A DNA stretch of 64,000 bases from Cycas panzhihuaensis (lineage: Eukaryota > Plantae > Cycadophyta), in NCBI GenBank assembly GCA_023213395.1, contig CM041465.1:157859741-157923740 (forward strand). Reading direction: 5' to 3'. The position numbers and the translations under genes are program-made. The stretch's first letter is position 1. Each line of letters begins with the position of its first letter. A model generated the notes under the pieces. It was given only the letters and a program-made list of their open reading frames with translations. It did no database searches and was not told where the DNA came from. This document shows, one piece after another, positions 61,323-64,000 of the stretch.

Positions 61323-61533
61323 TTTAAAAGTTAAGTCCTGTAACCAAATTGAACTCGAAGATTTTTAAGTTATACCGCTTAAGTTCCACTTAGAAAAACA
61401 ATGTTAGTCATAATCTATAAGGAGATCCAATAACTAAATATTGAAGAATAAAGTGGAGGGTTTCACTTTAGATGATCCAACCCTGATCTATGAGAGATCC
61501 AATAGTTGGCCAAGAATCAAATTATAACAAATG

Positions 61534-61740
61534 AGGTAAGGTTGATTTGTACGACATACTATATTTTCCTCAGTGTTTATGGCATTGATAACACCTTTTG
61601 TGAACCTCCTAACTTAAGTGAGTTTTTAAAATTTTAGTGAGGCAAGGTTGATCTTAGGTCGTACCATGTTTTCCCTAGTGTTCATAGCACTGATAACACC
61701 TTTTTGAAGCCTCCCAACTTAAGTGAAATTTGATTTTTCA
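61534..61740. repeat. ~106-bp tandem duplication upstream of the Copia gag remnant
   Basis: agg[tc]aaggttgat..ca[tc]tgataacacctttt..aacttaagtga at 61534 and 61640. Confidence 0.75.
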
Positions 61741-62369
61741 ATGTTTCAAGTGATTAAATGATGGCTGAAATTTGTCCACTTTAGCAAGAATATATTAAAA
61801 AATTGTCCACCTTGCTAAAAAATTGCTGACTTATGTGAACAAGTAATGCTCCAAAATGAAATTTAGTGCTTTGGTACTTACTTCCTTAGTGCAAAAACTT
61901 GATTTAAAACACCTTTTACCTACTTGAAGATGCCAAACACCCCCCCTCTCCCACACCCCCCCACCCCCACCAAAAAAGGGCATTTAGGATCAATAAATGA
62001 TCCCCTCCACACAACAAAGATATTTTATTGATGTGGTCCTTAGCATTTTAGTTAGTTTTCTCCAATTTTCTCGTTTTTAGGACATCACACAGGGAGCCTA
62101 ATAATAAAAGATGAAAAATTTTTGCACCTAGAAAAAAGGAGTGCAAATAGACATTCAATATAAAGTGCATAATAATACACTACTTAAAGATTCAAAATAA
62201 AGGTTCTAACATTCACTGAGTAAACTAAAATGGATAGGCTTTTATATTTCAATAAATTTATTTTTGAAACAAATAACAAGAGAGAAAATTCCTCCTTTAG
62301 GTTCCTTTGTTTGGTGAAGGTCATCACCAAAGAAGAAGAAGTAACCTCCTTTAAAAAAATAATCCAAAT

Positions 62370-62590
62370 CTATTTTCAGTGATTGTGACCCAATATTCAT
62401 GAACCATTTTTGGCAATAATTATTTGCATAAGCAAACACTACATTATCAATAAGTGCAAGCTACCACACACAAATAGATGGGCACACTAAGGTGGTAAAC
62501 AAATGATTAGAAGGATATTTCTAAGGGTTTTCCTTGGACAAACAAAATTCATGGGTCAAAGGGATACATTTGGTAGAAGCTTAGCATAGT
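62370..62590 (+). pseudogene. Gypsy integrase fragment
   Basis: IFSDCDPIFMNHFWQ*LF..SASYHTQIDGHTKVVNK*LEGY. Confidence 0.8.
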
Positions 62591-62924
62591 TGTTGACCTT
62601 ACTTTTGGCCCTTTGGAAAGTACATTTGTCAAAGAGTCACTTCCAATAGTCTATCTAGGGTTTTGTCAACATGTTAGCCTCATAGTACATCCACATACAT
62701 CACATATGTTTATAAATCCATCAATAAAGTATAACAATCTCATCACCATATCACAACATCATCATAACATCAATCACAACATCATACATAAATCATAATC
62801 ATAATCATGCCCATGATACACAATTTTCATGTAACTCTTGATTTCATTAAGTAATATCACTGTGAGAATGTTTATACATCATATGGTTCTTGCTCATATC
62901 ATGAACACATGACTAGATCAAAGA

Positions 62925-63070
62925 ACTTGGCTCTCACATTTTTGAGAACATAACAGAAGACCTAGTTGCTTGGCTCCCACGTCCTGGAGAACATAACACA
63001 AGACTCAATTTCTCAAGTCTCACGCTTGAGAACATGCCATAGGATTGAATAACTCGACTCTTACATCGAA
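62925..63070. repeat. ~43-bp degenerate tandem repeat, 3-4 units, probably within another retroelement
   Basis: ttggctc[tc]cac..gagaacataaca..agac repeated. Confidence 0.65.
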
Positions 63071-64000
63071 ATGGTGGAGAAATGACCAATAAATACCCAT
63101 TTGCATACCATTCATTTCCATAACAAAATACTTTTCATAATGACTTATTAATTATGCCTCTTAATACACTATTTTAGTCATACATTCATATGAATGCATG
63201 TATAATGATGACATTAGCAATCTTGGAATGTATTTTTTTGATTGGTATGTGCATTCCATACATTCCTTGATGTGCGTTCTGTCCCAGAATACCCTTTGTC
63301 AAGTAGCATTCCCTAAGAATTCTTTTTTGACAGTTTCCATTGGATTTTGTTATGAGTTGTTTTGTACGACTCCCAGTTGATGCGTTTCTACACTCATCAT
63401 GTTATGTTAGACATATTTTGCTAGTTTTCCATTGTCTAAGGTGCACAATTACTAGATTTTACCCCAACATCTATCCTAGGTCAACAAAAATGGTTGAGCA
63501 TCCTTGCTCAAAATTTTAGTTTTTGTTACTCCCTCCCATTATGAATCTAGGCTTCTCCTACAACACTGGATCTTCGGTAGCTTTGTTGGCCTTTAATATG
63601 TCTTCATTAATTTGTTTGAGGGTGGCGATGATAACATCTTTCTCTTTTAATTTTTGTTTAAAGTAGCAATCTCTGCTTTGTAGCCTAACTCCACTTCTTC
63701 CACCATTTGAATGATTTGTTGACTTTTTCCCTTCATAGAAAATTGCTACTGAAAGGATCTTTCTCCCAATTCTGTGATGGGACAAACTTTTTCCTCCATT
63801 GGTGCCCATTCCTCCAATGTGGGTTTCAATTCTATTTCTTTGTCCTTTGCTACCTTGTGCCTTCATTTAATACTTTTTTTCACCACTTGCTTGAAGTGGT
63901 GATGAATAGGGCTACCTAGTGCTTGTTATAGCCATTGAAGTACCCTTGTCATCTCTTTTTTCACCTTTCTTTTTATGTCCATATTTTGAATATTCTTCCA

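Noticed and set aside
62925-63070. Regularly spaced short repeats as a CRISPR-like array
   Set aside because: Eukaryotic context, contiguous degenerate units, no unique spacers and no cas genes.
63558-63866. 102-aa minus-strand ORF with a coiled-coil-like end
   Set aside because: No recognisable motif; likely a decayed retroelement accessory region running off the window.

Overview
AT-rich plant nuclear DNA, probably a large heavily methylated genome. A gymnosperm-like origin is plausible but cannot be proven from this window. About 57 kb is a nest of old, stop-ridden retroelements: two same-family Copia elements back to back, a CRM-like Gypsy, a gag-only non-autonomous Gypsy, a chromodomain Gypsy, a Tnt1/Tork-like Copia, an L1 LINE and a tRNA-type SINE. 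The last 6 kb holds the promoter and first two exons of condensin II subunit H2 (CAP-H2/NCAPH2). Three structures stand out. (1) A 3.7-kb LTR element (52343-56054) has LTRs, PBS, PPT and a TSD, but its interior is a mosaic of cellular PPR gene pieces instead of gag-pol. (2) Two giant TA-based arrays (3.4 and 4.05 kb) sit inside the CRM-like Gypsy; the first lies between 595-bp direct duplicates joined by microhomology, and both show mirrored interruptions suggesting fold-back synthesis. (3) A decayed heptapeptide-repeat reading frame lies in the leader of the gag-only element. Divergence values are hand counts and family assignments come from recognised motifs, not database searches.
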